Below, in pieces: positions 1 to 13,116 of a stretch of 63,791 nucleotides of DNA. The notes beneath the pieces were generated by a model that ran no database searches, had not been told where the DNA came from, and saw nothing but the letters and a program-made list of their open reading frames with translations. The DNA is from Catajapyx aquilonaris (Eukaryota), in assembly GCA_000934665.2 (NCBI GenBank), contig KZ538649.1, positions 1 to 63,791 on the forward strand. The letters run 5' to 3'. The position numbers and the translations under genes are program-made. Every line of letters begins with the position of its first letter. Position 1 is the stretch's first letter.

Positions 1-472
1 TCAGATTATGCTCAATCGGGGCCCCACTTCCGTGAGGTAAACGGAACTCTACATTACGTGGGCCACTCAGTCTCATTCGCTGTAGAATAGCCGTCCGCTT
101 GTTTATGCCAGTGTTGCTTGGCAACGTGCCTTGACGACTACCAAGCAAGCGCAGAAGTGGACCCAACATCACGTGACTTAGGGCAAAAGTGAGGCGGGAA
201 TACGGAATCGCAATAATGGCAATAAATGGCTCGCTTTGCGCCGTGACTGTGAAGCACTTATTGGGACTAAAAATATGAAATGTATACCAAATGAAAGTTC
301 CACTCCAGCTCCGTCTCATGCCGTGCATGTCCATCGGAGAGGTTGAGCAGGGAATCTGTTACACTAGGACTAGGTGACTAGGACATACAAAACCCTACAC
401 TTTGTGACTGCGCTTCTCGCCGTAAGTGTAGTTTTGTGTTATGGTACTACATCACTCAAACAACCCCATTAA

Positions 473-756
473 CCCTGGAACCGTGACGTGGGGTCTTTTA
501 GGACCCCAAAGGAATTAAAATGCATTAAAATGATAATTACAATGAACTTTGCCATTTAAAAAAAGTTTATAACAGGAAGTGCATGTTTATTTTGAATTAG
601 CGATCATTTTAGGCATTGTTCAAAAAATGATTGCATATAGTCAATACATTGAAAACTATTATATAAAAATTAATAAAAATTAAAATATGGATGGGGTTCT
701 AAAAGGGACCTCACGTCACGGTTGACGTAACTTTCAGGCACGTCACGGTTCCAGGG
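473..756. mobile_element. piggyBac-like MITE
   Basis: TTAA TSD (469-472, 757-760); TIR CCCTGGAACCGTGACGTG; internal duplicated subterminal repeat at the right end. Confidence 0.9.
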
Positions 757-984
757 TTAATATGTTCCAAATCTTAATATGTTGTAAAGACAATCTTCCT
801 CTGCAAATTACACCCAACTCGGCCCGATTATCGAGGTTGTTTTAATTATTCGAAAATATATTTTAAAAAGTGAGCATGAGTGATATCGGATAGGGTATAA
901 GTTATATATATCACAGCAGCTTGAGTTAGGTACTAATGGATCAAGGTCCGTGCAAAACATCTGCAGGGTACGCACTTTACCCCC

Positions 985-1055
<71 letters not shown>
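985..1055. repeat. (AAT)n microsatellite
   Basis: About 23 perfect units. Confidence 0.99.
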
Positions 1056-1056
<1 letters not shown>

Positions 1057-1210
1057 GTCCGAAAAAATGTCAATAATAACTCGCAAACGAAGAAAAAATA
1101 TGACAGCCTTTTTTTAGAAGACAAACTAAAAATCATCCCATTATCCCATAATAATTTTTCACTAAACGAGAAGACTGAATGAGACGCGCTTTTTTCTTCA
1201 GACAGGTTAG

Positions 1211-1430
1211 ATTTCCAACCTGGGGGTCGTGGGCAGGGTCGCGACTCGCGAGCCTTTGTTCAACTTTTGTTTTTTTTTGCAATGTCTGTGTAAATTGAAC
1301 AATTTTTGCGGCCGTACAGAGTGTATGTTTTCTGGAAATGGGTCAGTTGTAGAAGGGGCCAGGGGGGTCGCACATTCATGATGGAAACATGTTTAGGGGG
1401 TCGCAGTTGGTAAAAGGTTGGAAACCACTG
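1211..1430 (-). mobile_element. hAT-like MITE (same family as 6435-6659, one end damaged)
   Basis: Reverse-complement match to 6435-6659; ends GGTTGGAAACCACTG. Confidence 0.75.
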
Positions 1431-2877
1431 ACCTAACGTATGTCCCAAGACCCAAATAGTAGACTAGCATTTATCACCTTTGGTTGGCGTCAAACAAGTC
1501 ATAATTATGATAACGTGAATGTGATAGGTTCGAAAATTTCCAAAAATTTCCCACAGACAGTAATAATATCTTGACAATATATTCCCTGTCACAATTAATC
1601 ACTAATATAATACAAAAGAAGAGTGTAGTGTGTTTGGACTCAGACTCTCAGAGTGTTGCAATGATGTGCTTATGTTTAGATTGTTTTGTTATTTTCAATT
1701 TTTTCGTAGCTCTTCTTGGTTATGACAGAAATTTGTATGAATACACTTGAAATCCCTACAAAATGACTATAAGCTCAGGTAACAAAATATTAGGAAAGAA
1801 AGCTTGCCAAATTCTTGAGAAAGATTGTTGTTGTTGTTTTTTTTGCGAAAAAGCACATTTTTGGGTGCCTAAAGTTTTCATTGGGTGTATTTAGTGGGAC
1901 TGCAGTTGTCCCTCCTATCCGGCCATCTCTAGTTGCGGCCCACGGCTGGCTGGTCCCAGCCTGTGGTCGGGTCTCGGTTGGTTGCGTCAGGGCTTCTCTC
2001 TGCCTCGGTCTTCTCTCTCCAGAGTTATCCTCGTTGTTGGGCGCTGGCCTTTTTATATTGCCAGCTGCCCTCATTGTGTTAGAGCTGCTATATGGTCCTA
2101 TCATCTTACGCTGGTCATACAGCTTTACATGGCCAAATATGGTCGCACACCTAACCGGCGTCAGCCTATTTCCAAATGTTTACTCAATAATTTACTCTAC
2201 AAGGCTGAGCCCTCTCATGTAAATTAGGACAAGTGCCTAGATCATAGGTGGTCTAAGAATTTAGCTCCACACCAGAAGGGCGACAAATTTTCCATGTTCT
2301 GTATTTCTCAGGTGTAGCTATTGGCTCTTGTCTTTCAAATGTGCGAAACTCTGTACCTTTCACTTAGCTCTGTTATTACAAAGAGCAAGAATATAATGTG
2401 ATGGTGAATCTGAAATAGGATCAAATGCTGGCGACATGCATTGCATAATGGCTAACAGCAAGCTAACAGCCAATGGAGCCACAGGCTAAAATATATTAAG
2501 AAGGCCATCACAGGGTATGGGTACATCTGAAAAGCATAACCCCTCCTAAAACATATCAGTTAATCTCGGAAACAGGAAGTATGTGTCTGAAAATCATAAT
2601 GAGCTCTGATTTTAGTTTTAGCAAACTCTACGTATGAAAAGAACTGCACTGTGAAATAGCAACACTTGAATGTCTCAAATGAACATAAGGCAGAAAAGCG
2701 AGCAAGTGTAATAAGAATAAAGTACCTGAAATGAAGCAGCAATCTAGTGTGATTCTCCCACGATTCTCCTAACACTTATTTCGTGGAATTGCATGAAACT
2801 GATCAAATTACAGGAACAACAAAACACAGATCTACATCATTCAGCTCAGCCTTATCACGGGGTCACGTAAAAAAAGA

Positions 2878-2979
2878 GTATTATATAAAAATTAATAAAA
2901 ATTCAAATATGCGGCATGGGGTCCTACAAGACCCCACGTCACGGTTGCCGTAACTTTCAGGCACGTCACGGGTCCAGGG
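2878..2979. mobile_element. Right-end copy of the 473-756 piggyBac-like MITE family
   Basis: About 100 bp similar to 657-756, ending CCAGGG followed by TTAA. Confidence 0.8.
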
Positions 2980-3759
2980 TTAAACTACGTGATACGCAAG
3001 AGCTACCTGCTGCATATCTTCCTTTCCACCATGGGTCCTTGGATCTTATTGCTGTCCATTGGAGCTGACCCTCAGTTGACCTCAGGTCCTGGGCTTTCTA
3101 CTCCTCTACCCCCAAAAACTCTGCCCAAAACTCTCCTGTCTCTCTTCTTATATTCTCCCGGTTTCTTGCGTTGCGTATAGCATCGTATAGCGTCGGGTAT
3201 AGCATCGGACTTCCGCGGGTGTGGCCCTGCATGCCCATCGCACGGGACTCGTCACAATAAAGGGTAAAAAGGGTGCTTTTCAGTATTCAACAATTAGTAC
3301 CTGAATCCTCTTGCTGTACTGTACTTATCATAGTACTTATTATAAAGCACACGCTACTGACCTTTTAGCCATACATTTTGGCGGCACTGAAACCATACGT
3401 CAAAAAAAATGCAAATGTGACGTCACGTCATTACCATATGTTTTCATCCCTCACCGCCAGATGGCACGTGTTAACGTACCATATTTAACTAAATATTTTA
3501 AATTTTATTGACTGGTCGATGTCTGTATTACTCAAAATGACGTCCATGCGTTGTATTTAGAAAATTAAAATTAAAAGCACACTTCACATTGTTCCTCTCC
3601 GCCGCTGTATGCGCCAGGGTGCCCCTGCTCCATCTTCGTTTTATTGTGGAAGGCGTGAAAACTGGTGCTGTCGTCTGGCTTTTGGGCATGTAGCTGTGTG
3701 CTCGACAGGGGCGAATAAGTTTGCATCTGCTGGCCGGAACATCCAACATCCAGGAAATA

Positions 3760-6700
3760 ATGATCCTGCTGCGGCCGTCGTCGTTGCTGCAGATGCGATC
3801 AGCTGTGTCTGCGACTGCAGCCTACTACAGCAGCAACCTGACCAAAAATGTACCCGGAGAAGGTACCGGTATTATAAGTAATATAAGAGAGGGCTTATGT
3901 TTAGGGAATAACATTGTATTATTGTGATGGTATGCAATGGAAGGGCATGTCAGTAAATTTCTATGCGCTGATTTTAAACGCCTACCCACCTGTATCCACC
4001 CTGTGCAAACATGGTCACTTAGCCTCTTCATGGAGAGACCCCGCCCACCGACCAGCCCCCCCATCCCTACCATGAATAGTTTTGTTCCCATTTTATCCCT
4101 GACTTGTTACGTGTCTGCCTCATCATGTTGATTCGAATTCAAATGCAGTGCGTGTTGTGAGAGTTAATGTAACAATATACTATTGGCCATTCTTAGTCAA
4201 AAGTATGAAATCACTGACGAGAGAAACACCATTCAAGGCCCATTATGGGGCATTCATACACAGCCGCTGCAGGTGTAGGCCTGTAGTTACTGTCTCTCAA
4301 AGTCTAAGCTGCATCTTATGAAGGTATTGTTAATTGTTATTCTCCAGATGAGGGAGGCGGAGTGGTGCTGCGGTAACGTATGCGCCCACGGATGTTAAGG
4401 TCCCGGGTTCGATCCCAACCCGGGGACACCCCCTTCATCTCATGCAGAGTTCATGAGTCGTCTCTGACTTCGTCTCGGGTGGAATATCCTTAGACTAATC
4501 CACCCGGGGGAGCTCACAAAACGACCACATTTCAGACAAGGCACTGCACTTGCACATCCCTTCCTGTCATCCTGCCCGTGGGCCCTGGCATTGTAAAAAT
4601 AGGATTCCAACTTGTAATAACACTTCAATAAAGGTCTGGCAGAAAACCCCTAGGGGTGCGTCTATCACCCAATTATTATTATTATTATTCTCCAGATGAA
4701 GTATAATTTCATAGCACTTCCTATTCAATGCCTAGGTTGAACAATATAAGTTTTTGGTAGTGAGACAAATTGGATGTAGCATATTATGTTATCAATAATT
4801 TTAGGCTAGATTTGAAGTTCAAATTCTGTGCATTACTTCAGTGAGGAAGAGATTCTTGATAAGTGTTGGGATCCCATTGTATGAATGTGCTGATTTATCT
4901 CGGATGCGCGGGAGAAAGAGCACAAGTCTTAAAAAATAATTTTTTGATATATACGCTTTTTCCCCTGAATCCAAGCATTCACCTCGATTAATCCACCTCA
5001 TGGATAATACTCGGATTCGGGGGGAAAAGAGAATTTAAGTGAAAAAATTTATTATTTTGAACTGTGCTCTTTTTCCCGCGCATCCGAGATATAAAGAGTT
5101 TCTTACTGGTATATCCTCCAGCCAGCGACACACTCGTTGGTCAAAAACAAGTCAAAAATGAGAAATGTCAATGGGCCAACTGGCAGCAAGTTGGACCAGA
5201 CACATTGGCCTGCCCCTAGACCAGGGGTGCCTAACATCTCAGTTATATTCCAGAGGAATTTCGAACGTTGGACCTTGTGCCAAAGAAGAGCCACATGCAG
5301 CCACGAAAGAAGCGGTTCAAGGCTCTTGTGAGAGCACCAAGGTGTACAGAGATGAAGGTGGACCAAGATTGGCCCAGTGTGTGGCCTACTGCCCGGACCT
5401 TCAACCCTTCTGTTGTCCCACTACCATTGTATCAAGGCTATATCAATCCAAAGCATAAGAGGCCTCCACCTGGAAAGTTTGCTAATGCAGAGCTTATGAA
5501 GATACCAAATTTCCTGCATCTCACGCCACCTGCTATCAAGCAGCACTGCGAAGTCCTGAAAAGTAGGTTTAAAAATTATGCATAGACTGGTGAGATCTGG
5601 GCTAAATTTCAATGGGCATTTCTCCTTCAGGAGTAGAAACGAATAGTTTGGGGCTGAATCCCAACTGTCTCATTTGCTTGGGTCACTGTGTAATGCTATT
5701 TGACCTTGAATAACTTGGAAGACTAACAATATTGTTACCTGATTTACTTATTTGCAAAAGATTTCATTAACCCTTAACTACGTAGGTGGAGCCTGAGAGG
5801 CTCCAAGCACTATTTAAACGCATGTAACTTTTTCATTGAATTTTATTTTCCACTCTTCTTCCGTGACTTTGTCAGAAAAACCTTCCTAAGCATGAAAATG
5901 AAAGAAAAAAAACATTTAGTCCCTATTCTTTGGTTTGAAAAAATTCGTAACGAGGAACAGGTCCCTCTAACCACTCAGGCTATCCCTATGCAGGTGAAGC
6001 CAGAGCGGCTCAAAATTGTTGATGTAACCTTTTAATTAAAAATTTTTCCCTGTCAGAATATGCTGACTCAGCGTGTGATTTTTACGTTTTCGGAAGCCTA
6101 ATGATCTGAACTGCACTTTCTGTATGTGAAAAGTCCAATATAACAATTTAGTTGATAAGCATAAATTTAAATATACCGTTGGAGCCTCTCAGGCTCCACC
6201 TACGTAGTTAAAGGTGTTTCGCCCACCTACGTAGTTAAGGGTTAAACAGAAAAATTGAGAAGTAAGAAAAGTTGCTTGTAAGAAACTGAAGTGAATCCAT
6301 CCAAATATGTTTCTTTACGCTCATATTCATATGCCATTTCTGCCATTTATTTATATTACCATATATCCAGCCAATATCTTCATCGTGTCTTAATCACATT
6401 ACATAATACAAACCCGATGTGATACTGTGTAGGGCAGTGGTTTCCAAGCTTTTACCAACTGCAACCCCCTAAACATGGTTCCATAAATGTGTGACCCCCC
6501 ACCCCCTTCCTACCCTCCCCACCCCTTTCTACAACTGCCCCCTTTCCAGAAAACATACACTCTGTACGGCTGCAAAAATGGTTCAATAGAAGAAGAAAAA
6601 AAGGAAAGGAAAAAAAAAAGTTGAACCAAGGCTCGCGACCCCCTGGTTGGAAACCACTGGTGTAGGGTAATATAATTCCCTTGCAAAGACAGACTTTTCA

Positions 6701-9700
6701 AGCCTTGCATAGGATGCATGATATCTAAAAAAATTGTCTTATGCATGAAGTAACAATTCCACATGTTTGGAAGACGTTAATGCATGAAGTTTATGCATCT
6801 GGGTTGGGGTATAGAGTAGGATTAGATAGGATGGTGGGTCATCTGCAACATATTGGCTGGACTATGAGTGTTTGAAATATATAAAGAGCACAAAAATGTA
6901 TGCAGGATATTTCTTTAAGATGTTTGGTACTTGTTAGCCTATTACTAGGTCTTTGCATGAAAGATACTCTACCTCTATTCTCTAGGCACAGGTCAACTAA
7001 CATGGCATAATTAATATTAATGAAATTGCAGGGTTCTGCACACCATGGCCAACAGCCTTATCAACAGATGAATTGTGTGAGCAACACTTTCCTTTGGAAG
7101 TTATCAGTAGTGATTATTGTCACTCCAGTCCCAGCATACGAGATCCCAGGGCACGGATTGTAACATTCAAGGTGAGATGATACACTTCATAAAATAGCTT
7201 TTGATGATGCTTATGTTGCTAGTCATTTACTGGAGGTGCAAATTGAGATAGTTCAGCTATTCCTTGCCAGCTTATCCTCTGATGGTATTTTCACTTTGCC
7301 ATGGGGAGCTTGTGTGCTCCAATGATCCGAGCTGTAATTTTGTCTACTGGTAGGGTCATTGAGTACATTTACATGGGACTAAAAATCGGTCTGACCCAGG
7401 CTTCCTAAGCAAGGCCTATCTACACAAAGCCCGCTCCCACTTTTGCCACTGCTACATGGGACTGACTCTTTTGCTGCCGAGGGGTGGGTGAAAATAGTGC
7501 CCACCATGCCGGGCCCTACCGCTCCTCACAGCAAAATGTGCAATATGTGTAGCTCTGCAGCTACCGCATGGGCTGCCCGTGATAATTAGGCAGTTGAATT
7601 ACATGTACCAGCACTGTTTATTCGAGAAAGCCACAGATACGGGGGGACTATTTTCGCGGCCGGTAGTCCACTCAGAAGCAAGTCCTGGGCTGTCCCCTAG
7701 CAGCCAATCACCGCCATTGCCTTAGGTAGACCATCCGATCAAAAAGGCTTGGGCTGCGCCCGACAATGGCTCAGATAAGGCCGGTCTATCGTAGGCCCAC
7801 CGGCTACATGGGAGTAAACCGGTTCGCCTAGCATAGGCGGCCGCAGCTAGGCCTATTTTTAGTCCCATGTAAACGCACTCATTGAAGCTGGAAAGGCCTT
7901 CGTTGGGTAGAAACAAAAGCGAGGTATTGCCTCTCTTCTCTCTTTGTTACAGTACTCCTACACCCCTTGGTAAAACATGAAATTATCCATCTCTTGATAT
8001 ACCAGTATGTACGTATCTTTAACCCCCAGAGCCCGGCAGGATATTTGATTTTTTTAAATAGATTTTTAGTAAATTATGTATGACCCCAAAACAATGTTAC
8101 AATAAAATATTCTACAGGCAAGTTATACATCAATGCTTAGCTTAGACTTGGGGCTCTTCAAAAAAAGAAACATTATGCAAATTTAGTGGTCATGTGACCA
8201 TGTTGGCCATTTTGAATCTACAATTTTGTGTGAACGGATGGTAATCAATATTAACTCAGCCAAGTTTTTCAGAGTGATAGTCTATAGCCCTAATTTACAA
8301 ATGCAATCAAGAAATATAACAAAAGTATGGAAAGCCAGAAAGCCAGAGCCTGAAGGCCGGTATCAACGTGCGCGTTTCTAGTATGCAAGTACTCTTACAC
8401 GAGATATCTTGTACGTTGAGACGGAATCTTTGTCACCTCAGGGCCCCTCTGGTCCGTCGGAAAAGGGATTAAAGTTGAAAATTTTCTACTTTTCCTCGTT
8501 CCTCGGATCCGGGCATGCACAGTTGGCTCCTCGTATGCGAGAAATCTTTTACGTGGATACAGGCCTTGACACATGCTGCCATCTGTTGTTACCAAAAAAA
8601 ACATTGTTTTGAAAGCATTTTCACCAAATTTAGCATAGCCCACTGTCTTATAGGGTAAGCCAGTGTCTACCGGCATCTTACCTCTGTTGTTAGAAAAAAT
8701 AACAATCCCAACATTTTATCCAGAAGCATGTGGTGTCGATCTAAAAATAGAAAGTCACAAATCTGACACTGGCTGCAGGGCTCTGAAGGTTCAAGTTAAG
8801 GGTTTGGTCATTTGGCAAGTTAGGCTCTAAAAATCTGGAAAAAAAATCACTAATTCCAAAATAATGTATTATCAATTTAGGTAGAAAGCATAACATGATT
8901 GTAAAATTTCAAGCCAGAGACTGTTTTATTTATACGTCCTGGTCTCAAAGAGGCAAAACAGCCACAATAAAATGCCAGCAGAAAAAAGATGCCAACATGA
9001 CTCCTCCGTCCCAACAGGCAGGTGAGCCAATCACCCTGGCCTTTCTTCTGATAAGTTTCCAGGAGCCATAGAAGGTTTCACAGTTCCACCGTATCAACGG
9101 CCATATCTGTCCAGACAGGTTACATCTTAAACCTGGCAGCATTTGCTTATGTACCAAAATTCCAAAACATGTGGAATCGAGGATTTTTCTGATTTTTGTA
9201 ATCCAACTTGCTGAAATATTGAACTCTTCTTTTAAAATAGGCCTAGGGCCGAATTCAGCGAGATGCCCTAAATGCATGGTTCGAGGGCGTTTAACTAGCA
9301 GCATGGTTTGAGGGTGTTTAACTAACAACATGGTTAAGGCTTTTAAACAACCTCTTATTCAAAGACCTCTAATGGAGGCTGGGTAGCAAAAAGAAAAAGC
9401 GAGTTGGCATCACTGTATTACACGTGTTTTGTGCCCTCCAGGTATGGCCCCCTGGCCGCCTCTGCCGGACCTCTCCTTCCCCCCCTCGACTTTTGCTACC
9501 CAACCACCCAACCCCCCTCTCCCGCCAAACTGCCTCATCCAACATGGCACCGTGGAGGGGAAGAAAATTCCGAGCATGGTTTAACATGGTCTGCTAAGAA
9601 AATCCGGGCAGTTTTCGCCCGTCGTCCGGAATGCCAGGAGTATACAATAAAACCGCAGGGCAGCCAGGGGGGTCCCGCCCGATGGTTCCACTTGTGTCGC

Positions 9701-11365
9701 CTGTGATAGTGTAGTTATTCCGCCAGTGTACTAGTGACAGTGTGTGCCGTTTCCTAAGTGTGTCTGTATTTATTCTGCAAAAACTAGCCCTGTAGGTGCA
9801 TCAGGAAAGTGTTCCGGGCCAGGTAGGACCGCAACCACGAATTTTGCAGGCACGCGAGGTCCATAATCTTGGTGATACCAGTCATACAGCGGATATAGAC
9901 ACACAGGTCGGCCATTTTTCCCTATAAGCAGCCCTTAAACAACCCCCTTTCCCTCTGTTAAAATCCTAGTGCTAGCAAGTGCAATTAGGGGCTGTTTAGC
10001 GCTAATCGCCGTCTTTGTATAGGAGGTTGATTAAATTGGCTAGTCGAGGATGACTAAATGATTTAATGGGGCGCATTTACATTAAGCAACCTCTCTGAAT
10101 TCGGCCCCTAGTCTTTCCTTGAGAGACGTTAGATCCAAAGCAGCTAAATTATGCCAAAATCCTAGTTTTAGGATTCATTATTTTAAATCCAGGATTGTGT
10201 GACACATTACATTCATATTGTGCAGGTGTGATGTAGCTATTTAATTAATTCAGCAACTGGGGGAGGTGGAAGGTGGTCTAGGTGTTGGGCTTGCTAGCTG
10301 CACATGTCTTGCCAGAACCAGGCATCCTTCCGTATCCCTGACCTTACAGCTATATGTAGGTGAGACTTTATGCCTGCCTGAGGCAGAGTACGAGTATAAG
10401 CAATATTTAATATCTGTTTTCAAGTCTCAAGTACTGTACAATGTTTTGCACATGTTGGATAATGTAGCTTGAGTGACAGTTACTACAATGTGCTGTATAT
10501 TTTCAGGTTCGTTTGTCTCGACTTAGGCTAGACGAACATGCCAAAGACAAATTCTTGCGGCTGGTTGGTGATCGCTACGATGTTGCTACAGATGTGGTGA
10601 CTCTGGTCTCAGAAAGATGCCCACTAAAGAAGCAAAACTATGATTATGCATGTTACTTGCTGGCAGTTCTCTGCTCTGAGTCTCGGGTAAGCAAAATATT
10701 TATCATCCTCATGCAAGTGAAATCCAGGAAGTTCTATTTTGGGGGATTTATGTCATTTGCACCACCAAGTAGCATTTTTTCTGCTCTGTTGCTTGGTGAA
10801 GTCTATTTAGTCCTAAAATTCATAAGAAGCCAGCAAGTCAAGATTTTATTTCTTCACTGGCATGTAAAGAAGTGGAAGGTCAAATCTGTTGCAATTATCT
10901 CAAAACTGGTTTTTTGAACTTGTGGATGTCACGTGTATGTCAACGTTATATTACAGCTGTGGTTTTCCCTGTCCCACAAAATGAAACTTGAAAGTTTCAA
11001 ATCAATATTTGGCACTCTAGAAAGTAACGTGTTACTTGCAGAAAGTTGAGCCATGGGAAGCAGAGAAATCTGAAGCAGACATGGAGAAATATGTGTGGGA
11101 AGGCAGCACTTCAGAGAAGAGTATCCAGAGCACACTAAAACGCATGGAGAAGGTTGAAGACCGTGCAGAAATAAGTCAATATGCAAATGCTGTCACCGAG
11201 CTTCACAATGAAGGTAGGTCTTTTTTTATTGAGTGTGCATAGCAATTCATCAAACATAATTGATATACTTGCACAGGTGAAAATCCCTACACACTGACTC
11301 AGTACCGTGAGGCTGTCCTAGGCATCTTAGGACTGGATGTAAATCTGGAAAAACAGCAATTGTGA
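3760..11365 (+). CDS. mRpS35: 28S ribosomal protein S35, mitochondrial (6 exons, 330 aa)
   Basis: Exons 3760-3862, 5254-5562, 7032-7171, 10507-10686, 11042-11213 and 11277-11365. All are GT-AG and phase-compatible, totalling 993 nt. Motifs [44 protein letters not shown] and [13 protein letters not shown] match the MRPS35 family. The N-terminus resembles a mitochondrial presequence. Confidence 0.96.
4352..4684 (+). mobile_element. tRNA-derived SINE, family A
   Basis: A-box-like AGTGGTGCTGCGG, B-box GGTTCGATCCC, (ATT)n tail, 15-bp TSD TTATTCTCCAGATGA (4337-4351, 4685-4699). Confidence 0.9.
4839..5108. mobile_element. Degenerate foldback MITE
   Basis: Inverted arms CTCGGATGCGCGGGAGAAAGAGCACA and TGTGCTCTTTTTCCCGCGCATCCGAG. 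Confidence 0.55.
5771..6241. mobile_element. piggyBac-like MITE (second family)
   Basis: TTAA TSD (5767-5770, 6242-6245); TIR CCCTTAACTACGTAGGTGG; duplicated subterminal repeat at the right end. Confidence 0.92.
6435..6659 (+). mobile_element. hAT-like MITE
   Basis: 8-bp TSD GTGTAGGG; TIR CAGTGGTTTCCAA. Confidence 0.92.
7361..7880. mobile_element. PIF/Harbinger-like MITE
   Basis: TIR GAGTRCRTTTACATGGGACTAAAAAT; 3-bp TSD ATT. Confidence 0.8.
8023..8789. mobile_element. Old piggyBac-like non-autonomous element
   Basis: TTAA|CCCCCAGAGCCCGGCAG at the left and CTGCAGGGCTCTGAAGG|TTCA at the right; imperfect TIR and TSD. Confidence 0.55.
9246..10107. mobile_element. PIF/Harbinger-like non-autonomous element
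   Basis: TIR GGGCCGAATTCAGnGAG; 3-bp TSD CTA. Confidence 0.8.
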
Positions 11366-11922
11366 ATAGTGTCTTGACATTTTTTTTATTAATACAGATT
11401 ATTAGCAAAAAAGAGATTTGAATCATCCCCTTTGCAACCATCCCCAGACTTGCTTTCCAGTCCTGAGGATGGAAGAGAGTCTTTCTGACCCTCGCAAAAC
11501 CCTCTTGAAGAGCTTTCCTGGACATCGAGGGTCCCAAGAACTACACTTGTTGTTAGTTGGCTTTTCAGGATTCTGGGATGCTGATTCCAGTTGAACTAGA
11601 AAGGTGCTTAAGCCTTGTGGTTCTAGTGAGTCAGACAGTAGGTAGCTGCAAAAATATCAAGCAATTTTTAGAAGGGTGATCAAGTACACTGCATAAACTC
11701 GGGTGCACTAATTCACATTTGGTGAAAATGTTTGTGTGTAGCAGGGGCAGCCAGTGGTACAAGGTCTAGATGGCATGAGAGGTTGTCAGTATTTTAGGGG
11801 GGAGGAGGAGTGGTGCTGCAGTAATGTATGCGCCCACCAATGACATTGCACTGCACCCAGTCACCCTGCCGGTGGGCATGGGTGCTTCGCAATAAGGTCC
11901 TGATGTATGCTAATGGTATATA

Positions 11923-12484
11923 CAGGGTGTTTATTGTAACTCTGCAAAGACTTTCAGGGGTAATAGAGGGGACCAAGACAAGTATTTTTGACATAGGAAC
12001 CCGTGTCCGGAAACGCCATCTAGAGGGGGTTCATAGACAAGGAACGGGTGCGCTCAGACGCGTCACGCGAGAGGCGCTAGGCGAGCGGACTGTTTTGTTG
12101 ATAGATGGCACTCGGATAGTAACCAACGATGCGATGTGTCATGACGTGGCAACAACAGAGCCATCTAGCAACTAAAATACGCCTCCTAGGAGACGCGCGG
12201 ATAGCCAACAGCGGTTCTGTTGTTGCCAGGTTATGGCGTATCGCGTTGTTGTTTACTTACAATGACGTGATACGCCATAACCTGGCAACAACTGCGCGCC
12301 ATCTACCAACAAAACAGTCCGCCCTCCTAGCGCCTCTCGCCTGACGCGTCTGAGCGCACCCGTTCCTTGTCTATGAACCCCCTCTAGATGGCGTTTCCGG
12401 ACACGGGTTCCTATCTCAAAAATACTTGTATTGGTCCCCTCTATTGCCCCTGAAAGTCTTTGCAGAGTTACAATAAACACCCTG
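11923..12484. mobile_element. Tc1/mariner-like foldback MITE
   Basis: TA TSD; CAGGGTG...CACCCTG termini; arms of about 200 bp nearly perfectly inverted. Confidence 0.92.
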
Positions 12485-12561
12485 TATTGTAATAAAGGTC
12501 CGTGCCACATACCCATAAAGAGGTTAAGCACTACCCGGATTATTATATTATATACTATATA

Positions 12562-13116
12562 CAAGGCTATTTTTACGAACTGCTAGGGTGTGTAGGGGAG
12601 GCAGAGACAATCAGTTTTGACCAATGCACCCGTGGTCGGAAATGGCATCTAGAGGGGGTTCACAAACAAGGAACGGGTGCGCTCAGATGTGTCACTGGGG
12701 AGGCGCTAGGCGAGCAGACTGTTTTGTTGATAGATGACGCTCGGATAGTAAACAGCGACGTGACGTGCCATTACCTGCCAACAACAGAGACAGAGCCATC
12801 TAGCAACTAAAGTCCGCCTCCAAGGATACGCGGGGATAGTAAACAGCTGTTCTGTTGTTGCCAGGTTATGGTGTATCGCGTCGTTTACTTACAGCGACGC
12901 GATACGTCATAACTTGGCAACAATTGCACGCCATCTATCAACAAAACAGTTCGCTTGCTTTGCGCCTCCCGCGTGACACGTCTGAGGGCACCCATTCCTT
13001 GTCTATGAACCCCCTCTAGATGGCGTTTCCGACCACAGGTGCATTGGTCAAAACTGATCGTCTCTGCCTCCCCTACACACCCTAGCAGTTTGTAAAGATA
13101 GTTCGGAAATACCCTG
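12562..13116. mobile_element. Tc1/mariner-like foldback MITE, related core with different outer TIRs
   Basis: TA flanks; right end ATACCCTG|TA; inverted arms; core homologous to 11997-12408. Confidence 0.88.

Noticed and set aside
808..1136. Poly-Ile and poly-Leu ORFs
   Set aside because: Translation of the (AAT)n microsatellite.
1790..2222. Overlapping ORFs; the minus one (KRPAP...QAGTSQ) loosely recalls a densovirus capsid N-terminus
   Set aside because: No PLA2 or other viral motif nearby; low-complexity similarity only.
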